Shown: piece by piece, positions 12,441 through 25,699 of the stretch
Layout: every line of letters begins with the position of its first letter
How positions within the stretch are numbered: position 1 is the stretch's first letter
DNA from: Mobula hypostoma
Taxonomy: Eukaryota
NCBI RefSeq assembly: GCF_963921235.1
Contig: NC_086097.1
Span: forward strand, 65,100,001-65,164,000
Length of the DNA: 64,000 bases
Direction: 5' to 3'
Program-made: the position numbers and the translations under genes
The notes under the pieces: generated by a model
What the model was told of the DNA's origin: nothing
The model's input: only the letters and a program-made list of their open reading frames with translations
The model's database searches: none

Positions 12441-15400
12441 TTCAGAAACCTGTACCTGGAGTCAAGAAAACCACATCACCTCTGATTATCTAGCCAGGTA
12501 TATTCATATTTCAAAAGTGTCCAGGAGTTACAATTCAACAATTTAAACAATTGTTAACCTTTTAACAATTGTGTAAAGGAAGGGTTTCATTCTTTTTAGC
12601 ATTGTTGTTAGTCCACTTCTCCAGTAGTCAGCTGAATGGGAATGGCTAATTTGCAGGTACTTGCTGCACTGTTTGAATCTAGTATCTGTGCTGCTGTTAA
12701 TCTGCTAGTTTTGCAAAAGAGAATGATAAATTCACTGGATGTGGTGATACAAAGAGGGTAGTACAGTTCATGAGTCACACACAGGGATCAACTAGGGACT
12801 TTTAAAATGTGGCTTGGCATTCTGTTGGAGATATTTTATGCACTGTGTAGAATCAAAACACTCTTAATGTTGCCAGCCTCAGAATTCTAACATTATTGTG
12901 CTAGTGATTGGTTCCAGACCCTCAAATAGTTTATGTTTTTAAATAATATCCATCATTGTGAAACTGTTCATATAATGGCACTTCTATATTCTACTGTTCT
13001 GGCAAGAGTAATGCTAACATACAATTAGACAACTTGATTTTAATTGCATCCCCATATTTCCTTGTTTGATGTGTCTAACATTAGTCTCAGACCTATTGTT
13101 TTGCATGACCAAGTTAGAAATTCTTGGGGTTATAAGAAACAGAAATATTTGGGCCCCTTCTATCCATAAAATACAATCATGTAAGAAACTGCATGAAGGA
13201 TCACTCCTCTATTATGTTGCATATTAATAACAAGGCAAATGGCATCACAATGCTCAATTGAAGGAATCTGGCAGGGGTTGGATATGAGTCTGGTTTGCTT
13301 AGCTTTAATCATTTCAGCTTTTCAATCCTCTTGCACCAGTTCAATGCAATTGTTAAGCAAGTCCTTGACATCTTAACATTACACAATACATTTTGTGTCT
13401 GTCCAGTTGTATGAGGAACAATGCCATGGAATATATGTTGTAATATTTTCCACCCAGACTAATCACCCTAACTTCTGTGATCACCAAATGCATTTTCTAT
13501 TACTGTATAATCAATTTCTTCATCAAAACTAGACTCTGCATTAATAAATCGAGAATGTTTCTTTTCTTTCCTTTTTGTGTTAGTTTTAAAAATATTAAGA
13601 GAGATTTAGGTAGCGTAATTATGGACTTTCTGACTTAAACTTATCAACACAATTTAAATCACAGCTTCAGTACTTATCAATGTAATCATCAAGTGGCACG
13701 CAAAGGTTCGTTTGAGTTACATCAACACTCCAAAACTTAACGTAGGTCGAAGATTTAATTATGCAAGTTGTGTATTCAACTGTACAAGCGAACAGATGGC
13801 TCGCTAGACTGCGAAAATCCAATCACTCTTACAAAGTAGAATATGACTTTCAAAGCTTAACCAAAAACATCAGTTTAGGAAATAGTAGTTCTTTGTCAGC
13901 TTTGTGTCGTCGAGCTCCAGGACTTGAAATCTCAGTAGAGAGTGAGTGACACTGCAGCACTGAACCAGAGGTGCTGCATATTCACATATAACAAAATAGT
14001 ATTGCGTTTCTTGAAAGAAGGGCATGGTCTTTCAAGAAATTCCATCGCGCTTCAGGCCAATAGCCATCTCTCATTTAATAGCACTGATGATGTTATCTGG
14101 TCGTTCAGCTCACCATCGTTTTTGAGTTCTCTGCACAAATTGACCGTAACCAATTCAATGTTTTTTACTGCCGAGCATCTCAGGGAACTGCGAAATACAC
14201 CAAATAGATGGAAATTATTTATTCAAAAAGCTAGGCAGAAACTTGTTATAGATATAAACTTCAGTTCGGCTCCTGCGTGGGGTGCTGAATGCAGGTTTCT
14301 GTGGCCATTTCGTGTCACCGGCTAAACACTGCGCATTTTACCGAGCTTCTAAAGGGCATCAACAAAATGGATATTGCATCCTGAAAAGCTTTTGGGCTGT
14401 TTATAAACTTTTTAGAGTATGTAAACATGAACAGGCGGGAATTCCCATCGAGTTTGAATTCAAGTACGATCTAACAGCGGTGGCAAAGTTCTGCTTAGTT
14501 CCAACAGTTCTTCAGGTGTTGTCTTTATAAGCATCATTCTGAAAGCGACAGCACAGGAAAAAATGGACCACGCTTAAACGCTTGTTTTTTCCCTCTCTCT
14601 GACGGGCAAATAAATAAATTGAAGAATTCAGCATATGTAATTGATCGGAATCCAAACGAATAATCTACCAATAACACCGAAAAACTGAATAGTCCCCCTC
14701 AAACAACAGAAAATATAGAACGATTTACAATTATCATAATACTGTCAAGACGTGGATCTTTTAAAAAATCGAACATATGGAAAGACTTAAAATGTGTTTG
14801 AAATACTTTGCAGTGGGCGATAAATGTCTCTGTTGGCCGATTTAAAATCAAAAACACCAGGCGTAACATTGCGAACTCATCACTTCAAAAACAATCATTT
14901 TTCAAATTTCATCAACATGCAGCGTTCTAAAGTAGTAAGCGGTGAGAAAAGAGGCAGCGCAGATATAGTGTTGGTCTATAAGTATACTGTGAGAAGGAGA
15001 TGGGAACACGATAACCCTCGTGCGCATATATTCTTAATGTTCTATAACCATAAACATATCGTACACATAGTCTATATCCTACTGAGGGAGAATAGTGAAG
15101 ATACCAAATATGAGCTTATAACACGATTGTGTTATTGATGAACGAGTTTTAAAAGGGCGTTGCAGAAAATGTTTCTCAATTGGTCCGGCGATATTTTCTC
15201 CGTCTGCCGATAAATAGCCGCAGAAGCAGTTCCCAACCCTTTACAATACATAATTAAAATGAATGGCCTTATACTTCAATATAAGTGTTACGTACACCTC
15301 CGTACAATCACCTGCATAGCACTAAGCTGAATATATTGTTGCTTCTATCCATATTGCATCACATTTATTCACAATTATTAAATCGAAATAATTCAACCGC

Positions 15401-15819
15401 GCGATTTAAGTTTAAATATCAATATAATTCTGCGATAAAATACGATTTTCAAACTGGCGAAGGAAGATAATTATTAGTACTGAATAACAGTGGTGCCAGC
15501 ATCTCACAAGAATAAAAGGGTGTGGGTGAAGATTTGGTGAAAGTAAATAACGCGTTACGGCTTTTTAAAAAAAAATTATGGTGTTAACAATAGCAAATCA
15601 AGCTTCTTGAGATTGATCACGTAATCGGAATTTGGGTAAACTCTGAAACACCAAGCTAAATGACCATCCGAAATTTTCGAAATATATGAGTTTAGATGCG
15701 CCGCCTTGCCTTGTTTCTAATTCATTAAATAAAAACAAATTGTCGTTGAAAAGGCAAAATAATTACAATACAGCTATTCTGATAAAACGTCGCCTTGCCG
15801 TGTTATTCAGTCATAGAAA

Positions 15820-15940
15820 GGAACATTTGAACAATTTACGTAGAATAGACACTAACGAATATTGTCTCGGATAGAAATGGGTGGTCCTCTTTGGATTTCC
15901 AATTGTCTTTCATAGTCTATATATTCATTATTCTATTAAA
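15820..15940. promoter_or_regulatory. Candidate GLI/SOX enhancer
   Basis: Perfect GLI consensus TGGGTGGTC (GACCACCCA on minus) at 15878-15886, with SOX-like AACAAT (15830-35) and ATTGT (15861, 15902) in unique, CpG-retaining DNA. Confidence 0.55.
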
Positions 15941-16609
15941 CTAATACTTATTTTCAAAATTATTAAAAAATAGTTGATAGTTTGTTCACTGCATTGCAAG
16001 CAGTTTCAATATCATTCATATCTGGTACCGATTGACAGTATTTTTAATATTATGGTTTGAGGAAATGATAAATGGTACTGGTGAACATTGTAAATCATTT
16101 GACTAGATTGTGCGATGACTTCTGCACTTATTACGATGGATGCTGATAATACGGAACGGCTATTTCTTTTTCCTTACCTGCCAGCTGTAATCGGGAGGTG
16201 GCGCCAGATCCCGACAGGGTTTCTTTCAACTCAAACGTCGCGTTGGAAACAAGCCAATTCTGCGGTTTTAGAACAAAATTGACGGTAGAGATGATTTTCA
16301 ATTAAAAAATGAGATAGTTTAAGAAAAATCTAATTACATATTCAAAAAAGAGAGGGAAAATAACAAAAACAGTTGACGCTGATGATCGCGGGAGTGAGCA
16401 ACGGTTGTGCAAGGGAGGATATGTCTCGATAATTCCAACGACAATATCATTTAGAATAATTCATAAACATCTTTTATTTAAAAGGAGCGATAAAAATAAG
16501 CATGGGGTGTCGAATGCGAGCGTGTTAATACAGCGTCATTTAATAATAGGGCAGTCGTTTGGGTAAATAAGCTTCCAGTAAGTCGTGGAAGGTTCGCTGA
16601 AAATCGATC

Positions 16610-16800
16610 CTCAAAGTTCAAAATAAATTTACTTTCAAAATATACATATGTCACCATACTCAACCATGAGATTCAATTTCTTGCGGGCATTCACAGTAAA
16701 TATAAAGAAACCCAATGAAAAACCCCAAACGACCAGTGTGCAAAAGACAACAAACTGTGTAAATACAAAGAGAGAGAGAAAAAAACAAAATAATCGTTAG
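16610..16800 (-). mobile_element. Short Rex1-type 3'-end/SINE fragment
   Basis: Reverse complement of the recurring tail gaatctcagggt...tatggtgacatat...tttgataataaatttactttgaact also seen at 21.2, 40.9/42.5 and 57.8 kb. Confidence 0.65.
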
Positions 16801-19800
16801 GGTCAGTGAGGAAGGGACACGTAATTCAAATTTACATAGCAATATAATCTGGATAGTCCAAAATATTGATGTACCTTTACAGAATACTAAGCTTCCTATT
16901 CTACTCCTTTGCGATGTTGAGGAGGAAATGCAAGATTTTCAAGAAGTCATATTCTCTAGCTCTTACTTGAAAACTTCAATAGGTTCACTCCGCGAATTTA
17001 TTTTTAATTATGATCCTCTCATATCAGTGTTATTGGCTGGAAGTTTTGTCTATTTCGCACTTAGTAACTTAGTTTACTTAATTTAAAAATAAATCTGAAC
17101 AAATTGAACAACGTATACGATAAAGTGCATTCCTAGTTTTGGAATATTATATATGTCATCATTTATAAAATTATATATATTTCACAATTTTGTTATACCA
17201 TTAGGTTATTTTTAATAAGCCAAGTTTTCTGTTAAAAATTCGGTTCCATAGAAGCAGTTAATAAATATATAACCATATAATTGTGTTCTAAATTACTGGG
17301 GTTCTTTCAATTATATTATGAAAACTAATTTACTCCGTATGAGATTACATAGCAAAATCTTCAACTGCATAAATATCGAGGTTTTGTATATTTGCAATTG
17401 ATATACTTTTGTTTTCTCTGGAATATGTTTTCCATGTGTTTTTTCCCTCTGTGTCCGTACTGTATTCCATTATATAAACAATGCGACTAAATTGTACGGT
17501 GAAAAATTTTAGGTATGGTCGTTTAAGTTCCATTTTCTTTCGCTGATATGGGATTGTAATATTTTACATACAATGTAAGTTTTTGTGGAGATTACCAGTG
17601 ACAACAAGTTGTAATTACACTAAGTGTCAATGCAACGTCCATAGAACAACGAACATTTTAATTATTCGAAAGTCAGTTTTATCTTATTCACAAATTCCAC
17701 AAAACTTACTTTCAAGAACTTATTTCCTGTCTTTGTAAATAGAAACACGTCTTAATTTCTTTTAAATTTAGTGCCAGAAGAATAACAAGCTCAAAGCATT
17801 TGCTGAAAAAATATGTCCAAACATTAGCTAAATCAACAGATTTTTAAAATGACAGAAATAAAAGTAATGAGTTCAATATGATCTGTTCAGCACATGGAAC
17901 GTTTGGTTGAAAAGCATCAAATAACCAGTTCGAACGACATTCTTACAACAGAAATTTTTTGAGCAGAAAAATTTGAAGAGTTTCCTTCTTTAACTCTATA
18001 AGCTGTAACTTAACGCATGGAATTCGGTCAGTTAGCTTGGTCCAGGCCATTAACTGAATCACGAAAACTACAAGTGGCAAATAATGTATGTAACACACTG
18101 TACATGTCCAATTGAAAACGGATTTTTGGCCGGGTTTGAAATACTATAGGTAATAGATAAATATAACTATTTTATGGCAAATAATTTGTTTGTAAGATTG
18201 TGGGTTTTTTTCTAACACGTCCTCAGTAGCTGGCGACTTCAAGCCATTCGACTCGCCTCAAAAATATACGCAGGGTAAAGACACATGCCGAGTTACACTA
18301 CATTTCTTTCCGGATCCAAATTGAGCGTTTAGAAAGGTTTTGTGCTAATTTGGTAGAGTCACAGTCATGAACCAGTTGATGTAGGTTCCTGGTAATTGCA
18401 GCAACAATTAAGCTCATAATCTCTGATAAGTGCAGCGCAACATCATTTCAATTTTACAGAGAGGTCCTTGGCGACGTAGTCATATTTGTATTAAATTCAA
18501 AAATGAAGATAAGATGTGAATACAAGAAATAAATTACGAATTCTAGAAAACAAACAAGATCCTGCCTGCATTTTAAATATCAGATAATTTCCAGGCCTTA
18601 TGCGTTGAACTTGAGAAGCAGCGTCATTGCAATTGGGCATTTTCCACCTTTTTATACAAAAGAGAATTTGTATTTTCAAAGCCGCTTCACAATACTCTCC
18701 GTATTCATTCCAAGAACGAAGGGGCTTGTATGATGCACTATGTATTGTTTTAATTAACGCAATCTGCATTATGAAAATATGCTTTATGAGTTTATCAAGA
18801 GAATACGTATACAATCACTTACTGGCCCCCAATCGAAAAAAAGTTTACATTCTTTGCAGTTTGCACCCACAGACCACGAGATAATATGCGAATTGCATGC
18901 CGTCATGTTACGATAGTTTAGCCTTTTAATTAACCTGGGAAAAAAAACTGATTGTGGGGTGTTCTGGCTCATTTTTGTGAATTTGTAATTGTAACAACAT
19001 CCTCCTGACTCTTATTCTGTGCGATGGGCCAGCTGATTGAAATCGTTGTACTGTTTAATTAACCGGGGCATTTATGGCAATAAGAAAGTTATCTCTGCTG
19101 CGCTGCCTCCAGTTTGTAAAACAGTTCATCTGAAATGGCGAGATTGGTAATTCGTGTCTAATACTCAGCACTAATATGTTTGATATGCGCCGCAGATCAC
19201 ATGGCTGGCGTAGCAAATATTTTGTAACACGCTTTATCTCACTGTTTACACTTTAAATACACGCTTTTATTTTAGGGGATCTCGTTCTGTTTACATACCC
19301 TACAACATCATTTTCCCAGATTATAGCATTATAATTGTAATGTAAAAATTGTGAATTTGACTTTCATCCAATTAACATGTACGCAAATAATTTATAAATC
19401 CAATTAATTATAAAAAAAATCTTTAAAACGTCTTTAGTTAAGAAAGACACCATCTTGAAGCTTGTAGGAACCGAAATACAAATGTACAGGGGTATTCAAT
19501 GAAATATGAACAGATATGAATAACTTTCCTTTGGATAGTGTATATTATTGAGCTAAGCGATATTTGAAAGATCAGGCTCAACTTGCATTCGATTTTTTTT
19601 GCCTCTGGCTTTCAAGAAGGGTAAATGTACGTGGGTGTGATCTGGGAAATGAAGGGCATTTAAACGGTGATCTTCAAAATGATAATTCCATTGAATAAGC
19701 ACAAATTGAGGAATTTGGCATTTAATTTGAGGAAATATTTACAGGTCATACTTGACTATTGAATTATTTCTAAAGCTTTTTTTATGCTAAAATTAGGTGT

Positions 19801-21004
19801 GAAAGTTACCTTCCTACAAATTTCTGCTGCCCTCTTCTGCTAAAATCTGTATCTGTTTTTCATCTTAAGCATCAAGAGGCAAGACAACCAGAAAACTTGT
19901 CATTTGCAGTGAAGTAGAGCCAGGTTTCCACATCACTATTTAGATTAATTGAGAGAGAAGTGAAACAAGTGACCAGATTTCAAAAATCCTCTGTCTTTTA
20001 TTTTTTTTACATGGTCTCACCCTTGCCTGACTCCATAAACACCTCTAGCCACCACAGTCCAGCTGCTCTCCAACCCCATTAACCAGATATTTGAGCCTTA
20101 CCAATTCTGATCTCCTCATCATCTCCAATTTCAATGGCTGAAGTATTGGTGGTTCAGCTTTCATCTGGTAAAACCCTGAGATGTGGAATTTGTTGCCCTC
20201 AGCATTCTGCATTAATATTTGCCAACATGACTAAGTCTCAAATGTTGTTTCATAATGCACTTCTGAAATATTACAATGCTTCATCATATATTTGGTGCCA
20301 CATAAATACAAGGTGTTGCTGCTGTTTAGGACTGAAATTTGGAAATACATTTTTACTACTTGGAATTTTCTCCCAATAAAATGACAATACATTGATTACG
20401 TTTTCAAGGCTGAGATGAATAGAATTTGAAGAATTAAGCAGACAAATTAAACTGAGATACAAATCACGCACACACTGATTAAAACTGGAGAGGTAGGATA
20501 AGCTGTTGCCGTTTCAGGCAGCTTTATAATAAATTCTTGTTAAAGTAACAGCCCTGATATGAATGCATCTCAATAAAACTGATGAAATTATTTACTTTAT
20601 TTATTATGCATGGAATATAAAATGCAATTAGGCCCTTCAAAATTATTTGTTTTCAGATCATCTGAACTTGTTTTGGTTGTAGAAAATGTTTTACTAATAT
20701 GATTGTTATGTATCTACCTGTAAATGGATAAAAATTAACATTTAGTGTAACCTTCTGATATATTCACTTCCCCTTTCACATTACCCGAATAGCTGAAGTT
20801 AGAAACCTAACTATGTTATGCAACAAAGCATTCTGGATGTTCTACCTGTTTTCTTTTTTGAAAGCCAGATATTATTTATTTAAGCAGGAAGAGGCGGTAA
20901 GAGTTTGTACGGTTCTTCACACCTATTTTTAAAAGTTAGATCACCATAGATTTAACTCAATAGTAAAGAACATCTTGCAAATATTTCTTCAAAATCATTA
21001 ACAC

Positions 21005-21283
21005 CAAAACTTGCAACCACAACCTATGGACTCACTTTGAAGGACTCTTCATCTCATATTCTCAATACTTATTGCTTATTTATTGATTGTTTTCATTTCT
21101 GTCTTCATGCACTTGCACAGTTTGCTGTCTTTTGCAGTCTGGTTGAAAGCACAAGTTGCTGTAGTCTTTCATTATAGTTATTATTCTATTATGGATTTAT
21201 TGAGTATGCCTACAAGAAAATAAACCCTAGGGTTGTATAAGATGACATATATTTATTTTGATAATAAATTTACTTTGAACTTT
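21005..21283 (+). mobile_element. Short Rex1-type 3'-end fragment
   Basis: caacctatggactcacttt...aaggactcttcatctca matches 40660-40700; ends in tttgataataaatttactttgaacttt. Confidence 0.7.
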
Positions 21284-22717
21284 AAAAAGAAGTACATTTA
21301 TTTCAGTTTTTCAATAGCTTGAAGAATTGCACACTAAACATTTGTCAATTACAATTTTGGATCAAAAAGTGACTTTGTAAAGTGTGACATCTGCTTGTTT
21401 TAGTTTATATCTAATTTTATACGTTACCTAACAGAAAACTAACATCTTTGTCTTTTTGATAATGACATCCTAATTTTCTCAAGAAAAAGAATCAGAATTA
21501 TTTTGAGTAAGGAAATCAAAATAATATGCAAATCTGTTCTTCGGTGTAAAAAGACATAAATAACTCAGTATTTTGGAATATCAAACATTAGTATGAAATT
21601 CATCAGCATTATTATTTTACCTGATGACACTAATTGTCAATGATTATTTTACTCCTTAAGAAATTTGAGTGTTAAATCTTGAAGGATAATCCATTGGTAA
21701 TTGAACAGCAGTAGGTAATAATAAGCAGTTTGAACTCAGGAAACTACATTTCGAATTAAGATATTTGATGCAAATGTTCATAGCAATATAACAGATCAAA
21801 ACTGGAAACGTTGAAAGTACATTTATTTTGAAGAGAGGAACTCGTGAATAAAAGACAAATTTGCGAAATTAATTATATGAAGGCATTTTGCATTTTAAAC
21901 AAACTTATTCTGAAATGGAACGGTCAGTCTGAAAACGATTTAACGTTTGTTGGGGAAAACAATTGCGGATTCATCCCGTTAGAGCTCCTCTGCTCTTTAA
22001 TGGGCCAGTGTATATCTGACCTTTCTTATTCAAGACACACTCAGCACCTCAATGGAAACAAGTTAAGCACGTACGGCTGTGGTAAACATTTATCTTTTCC
22101 ACCAGAGACTAGCCCTGTGCAAACGAGCTCTTCCCACACTGAGGGTTCCAGCCTCACATGCGGCGCACAGATTGGAAGGAGAGAGAGGATGAAATCGGGT
22201 AACGAAGCAGCCCCGAATAAAACAGGAATCGCGGCCTATACAGACGAAGTGTAGAAATAAGAACATGTCCTAAAGAAATTGCGGAAATAATCAGAATGGA
22301 AAAGAAATGAAGACAAAAATAAAGACGAAGCCAAAAGGTTTTACCGGATTACAATAAAGCTTGTACAATATCAAAGACAAGCAGTAGAACGGAAATGCCA
22401 TTTGATAACTGAATAAGATACTGTACCAGAGGCTGGTAGGTTGAGCTGTCCGTTACTATCATTAAAGTTGATATCTTTGATACATTGGTGCATGCAGTAG
22501 ATAAAAGGGCAAATACACTTCTCCGTCAAATCTATTAAATAACATAAAATAATAATTGAAACAAGGCGACACTATTTTTAGACTACTTAATTTTATTGGC
22601 AGGAAACGGTTATATATCTTCATCATTGCATAACCAAATAAAGACTGAGATCTTACATAAATATTTATCCTGAATTAAAATGAAGCATTTTGACCTGTAC
22701 GTTCAAATAAACATTTT

Positions 22718-22900
22718 AAGTTCAAAGTTCAAAATAGAATTATTATCAAAGTACGAATATGTTACCACCCATTGACCTTTATTTCTTGCAGGCATTTACA
22801 AGGAAAATAGAAATTCAATAAAATTTTACGGAAAACTATAAACAAAGACTGACAAACACCAATGTGCAAAGGACATATGGTGCAAAAAAAACCTCGAGAA
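22718..22900 (-). mobile_element. Short Rex1-type 3'-end fragment
   Basis: Begins aagttcaaagttcaaa...ttattatcaaagtac, the reverse of the same tail. Confidence 0.6.
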
Positions 22901-23739
22901 CATGTGTAGTAAATAGTTCTGTAGATCGAATTTAGTATCGAAGTTAGTATTTTAGGGAAGTACTTTAACTTTGAGAATTCAGAAACCACTTCAAGGTTTA
23001 CTTTACGGTGGGTTTGGAACTCATCTCAAAACGCGAAAGCTAGGGCGCATAATTCTCTACAAAGGTAAACAGATACAAACTCAAAAACATAAATTTCTTC
23101 TTGTTTTGAAATGGTTCGCAGCAATGAAACAACATAAATCCAGGATTGATGTTCGGTGTCCGATTTTTGTCATTTAGAGAAGACTTTTACCATTATTTTT
23201 ATTTAAGAAAGTAATTTATGAATCGGATGTCACAAAGGTCAAATACAAGAACAAACTCCTGGAACAAATGGACAGGGCGTTTTCTAAATCCTCTTACCGT
23301 CAACTCTCTTATCAGGAACATATTCTGTATATTTTGATTTCAAACCACATCGTGATGCAAACATTACCATTAGTATTTGTTTACAAATTATATATTTTGA
23401 TACATATATATAATATATATATTATGGAAAGGCAATGATTATTACTTCCCACATTACACCATGAAAGCATTTTCTGTTTTAACCTATATCGTACGAGCTC
23501 ATACTTGACATATTAATTCGGAGCAACATTACATAATGATTTATTCAGACTGTCATTTCTTTAATTTAAAAAAAAACATGCTAGCGAATGTTTTGGGGGG
23601 ACAGTAAAGTAACTTTGCAACGGGAACTTACCTACAGCATGACCTATAGTATTCCATTTTAAATAACAATAATTTGATACAATTTATACTTTATTGAACA
23701 TTTCTAAGGTAGTATTTCTTTCATTTAACAGTCCACCAG

Positions 23740-23900
23740 AAACCGCCAGATGTCGGTCAGGCCGATACTAATTTGTGACCAACCTCCAGGTAGTGTTGCC
23801 AGGTCACGTCCGTCCACCAATGGCGCAAAGAGATTTTCCCCCTACCGCCCTCTGACGTCATTGTCACGGGCGCGTCCACGGTGATTGACAGACAGAGCGT
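23740..23900 (+). promoter_or_regulatory. Candidate PAX9 proximal promoter
   Basis: GC/CpG-rich patch 230-400 bp upstream of the ATG with CCAAT (23817-21), perfect CRE TGACGTCA (23853-60) and PBX-MEIS/PREP decamer TGATTGACAG (23882-91). Confidence 0.65.
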
Positions 23901-24134
23901 GTAAAATCCATTTCCCATGCTGTGCTTTGAAATGCAGATCCGAACCACCTCTCCCGAGAAAAAGGGACGCACATATACTCTAAAGTTCTTCGGCAACTTC
24001 GAAGGTGAAATCAGTTTTTAAGCAGCATTTACAAGCGAACCCCGAGTAATCTGTACGGCAAGGGATTTTATTTCTGTTTGTAAGCGTTTCACATTCAGGC
24101 AGTAGAATTGAGGATCGCTCTTGTATCTACCATC

Positions 24135-24138
24135 ATGG
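24135..24138 (+). CDS. PAX9: Paired box protein Pax-9, coding exon 1 (ATG G)
   Basis: atcATGG followed by donor GTAAGT at 24139; splices to AG CCA GCG TTT giving [10 protein letters not shown], the same 4-nt first coding exon as in other vertebrates. Confidence 0.9.
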
Positions 24139-25066
24139 GTAAGTAAGTTTCATTCTGTACATTTTAAATCGCTATCAGCAAAGACACAATTGATCATGAT
24201 CAAGCACTAATTCATTTTTCAACCACTTATCAATTGCAAATACATGCAATAAATCAAATAATGCTTGATTGCCTAAGTTAGCAAGTAGACGGAACTTCTA
24301 GTGGTATACCGAAAATTGTTCTCCATACGAATATGTGACGATGACCTTATAAGCGATTTCTACAGCGTTCAGCTTTTAGAGCGTTAATGAACTCCTGTAT
24401 GGAGCTGTGCTGAAGAAAGAGGAAGAGCAAAATGCTCCACGTAACAAACGCAGTAAACCGAAAGAGTACAATTAATAATACTCTCGGGAATGTCCGTTCC
24501 TCTTCATGAAAATGGCAGATAAATGCAATCCGATGGTAAATAAACCTCAGTGTCCAGGGTGCTTTCAATTCCTTTTAATTAATATAACATATTTTCTACT
24601 TGTTGAAAGAGAATAAAATTGCAATTCAAAAATGCCATGTTAAATTTGGTTCTGCAGTGCTGTGTGTAAAGCAACAGAAAGCTTCGGAGAGTAAAGGAAA
24701 TAGTCTTACTTCAGGTTAACTCAGAAGTAAACCTCGTGCCAATTTCAAGTCGTTCGCATAAAAATTCCTGGCGACTAAGCGTTTTCTTACGAGTTCATAC
24801 GGTGATCACAACTTGATCAACTGTGTCTGGTCCTCTGTTAGAGAGTGTCAGGAACTGTAATATTGGTCGAGCTTGAAGCGTATGCGAACATCACAACAGG
24901 CCCAGGCGACGGATACGCTCCATAATCGTAACAAACTGGAGCTTGTCAGATGTTGGTTCAGAGAACACAAATATCCGCTGCCTGGTTAGGTGCTGTGTTG
25001 TAAAGTGAAACTGCAGTTGTCTTTTTTTTTCCCTGAATATATCCTCTTGTTCTATTCCATATCTAG

Positions 25067-25699
25067 AGCCAGCGTTTGGAGAGGTAAACCAGTTGGGAGG
25101 TGTATTTGTCAACGGCAGACCACTGCCTAATGCCATTAGACTGCGGATAGTTGAACTGGCCCAGCTGGGAATCCGACCTTGTGATATCAGTAGACAGTTA
25201 AGAGTTTCACATGGCTGTGTCAGTAAAATCCTAGCTCGGTACAACGAGACTGGTTCCATATTGCCCGGTGCGATCGGTGGGAGCAAGCCCAGAGTGACAA
25301 CCCCCACGGTGGTCAAACACATTCGAGCATACAAGCAGAGAGACCCAGGGATTTTTGCGTGGGAGATCCGCGACAGACTCTTGGCAGATGGTGTCTGCGA
25401 CAAGTACAACGTTCCCTCCGTCAGCTCCATCAGCAGAATCCTTCGGAACAAGATCGGGAACTTGTCCCAGCAGAATCAGTACGAGTCAAGCAAGACTCCG
25501 GTGCATCCGCCTCCACAGTCGGCTCTTCAGTATAATGCAATTTATTCCTATTCTAGTCCCATCACAACGGCTGCAGCTAAAATACCGTCGTCGCCCGGTG
25601 TGCCCGCCATTCCAGCGCACATGGGAATTCACAGGACCTGGCCTTCATCGCACTCCGTCTCCGATATCCTGGGCATCAGAACATTAATTGAGCAGCAAG
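25067..25699 (+). CDS. PAX9: Pax-9 coding exon 2 (paired domain and octapeptide)
   Basis: Acceptor AG 25065-66, donor GTAAG 25700; [56 protein letters not shown]...[10 protein letters not shown]...; octapeptide HSVSDILG. Confidence 0.98.

Noticed and set aside
1-23700. NKX2-8/NKX2-9 coding exons expected upstream by synteny
   Set aside because: No homeodomain-like translation seen; the gene presumably lies left of the window.
24891-25451. 186-aa minus-strand ORF (and the 110-aa ORF at 25355-25687)
   Set aside because: Antisense or alternate-frame shadows of the paired-box exon; no independent gene signals.
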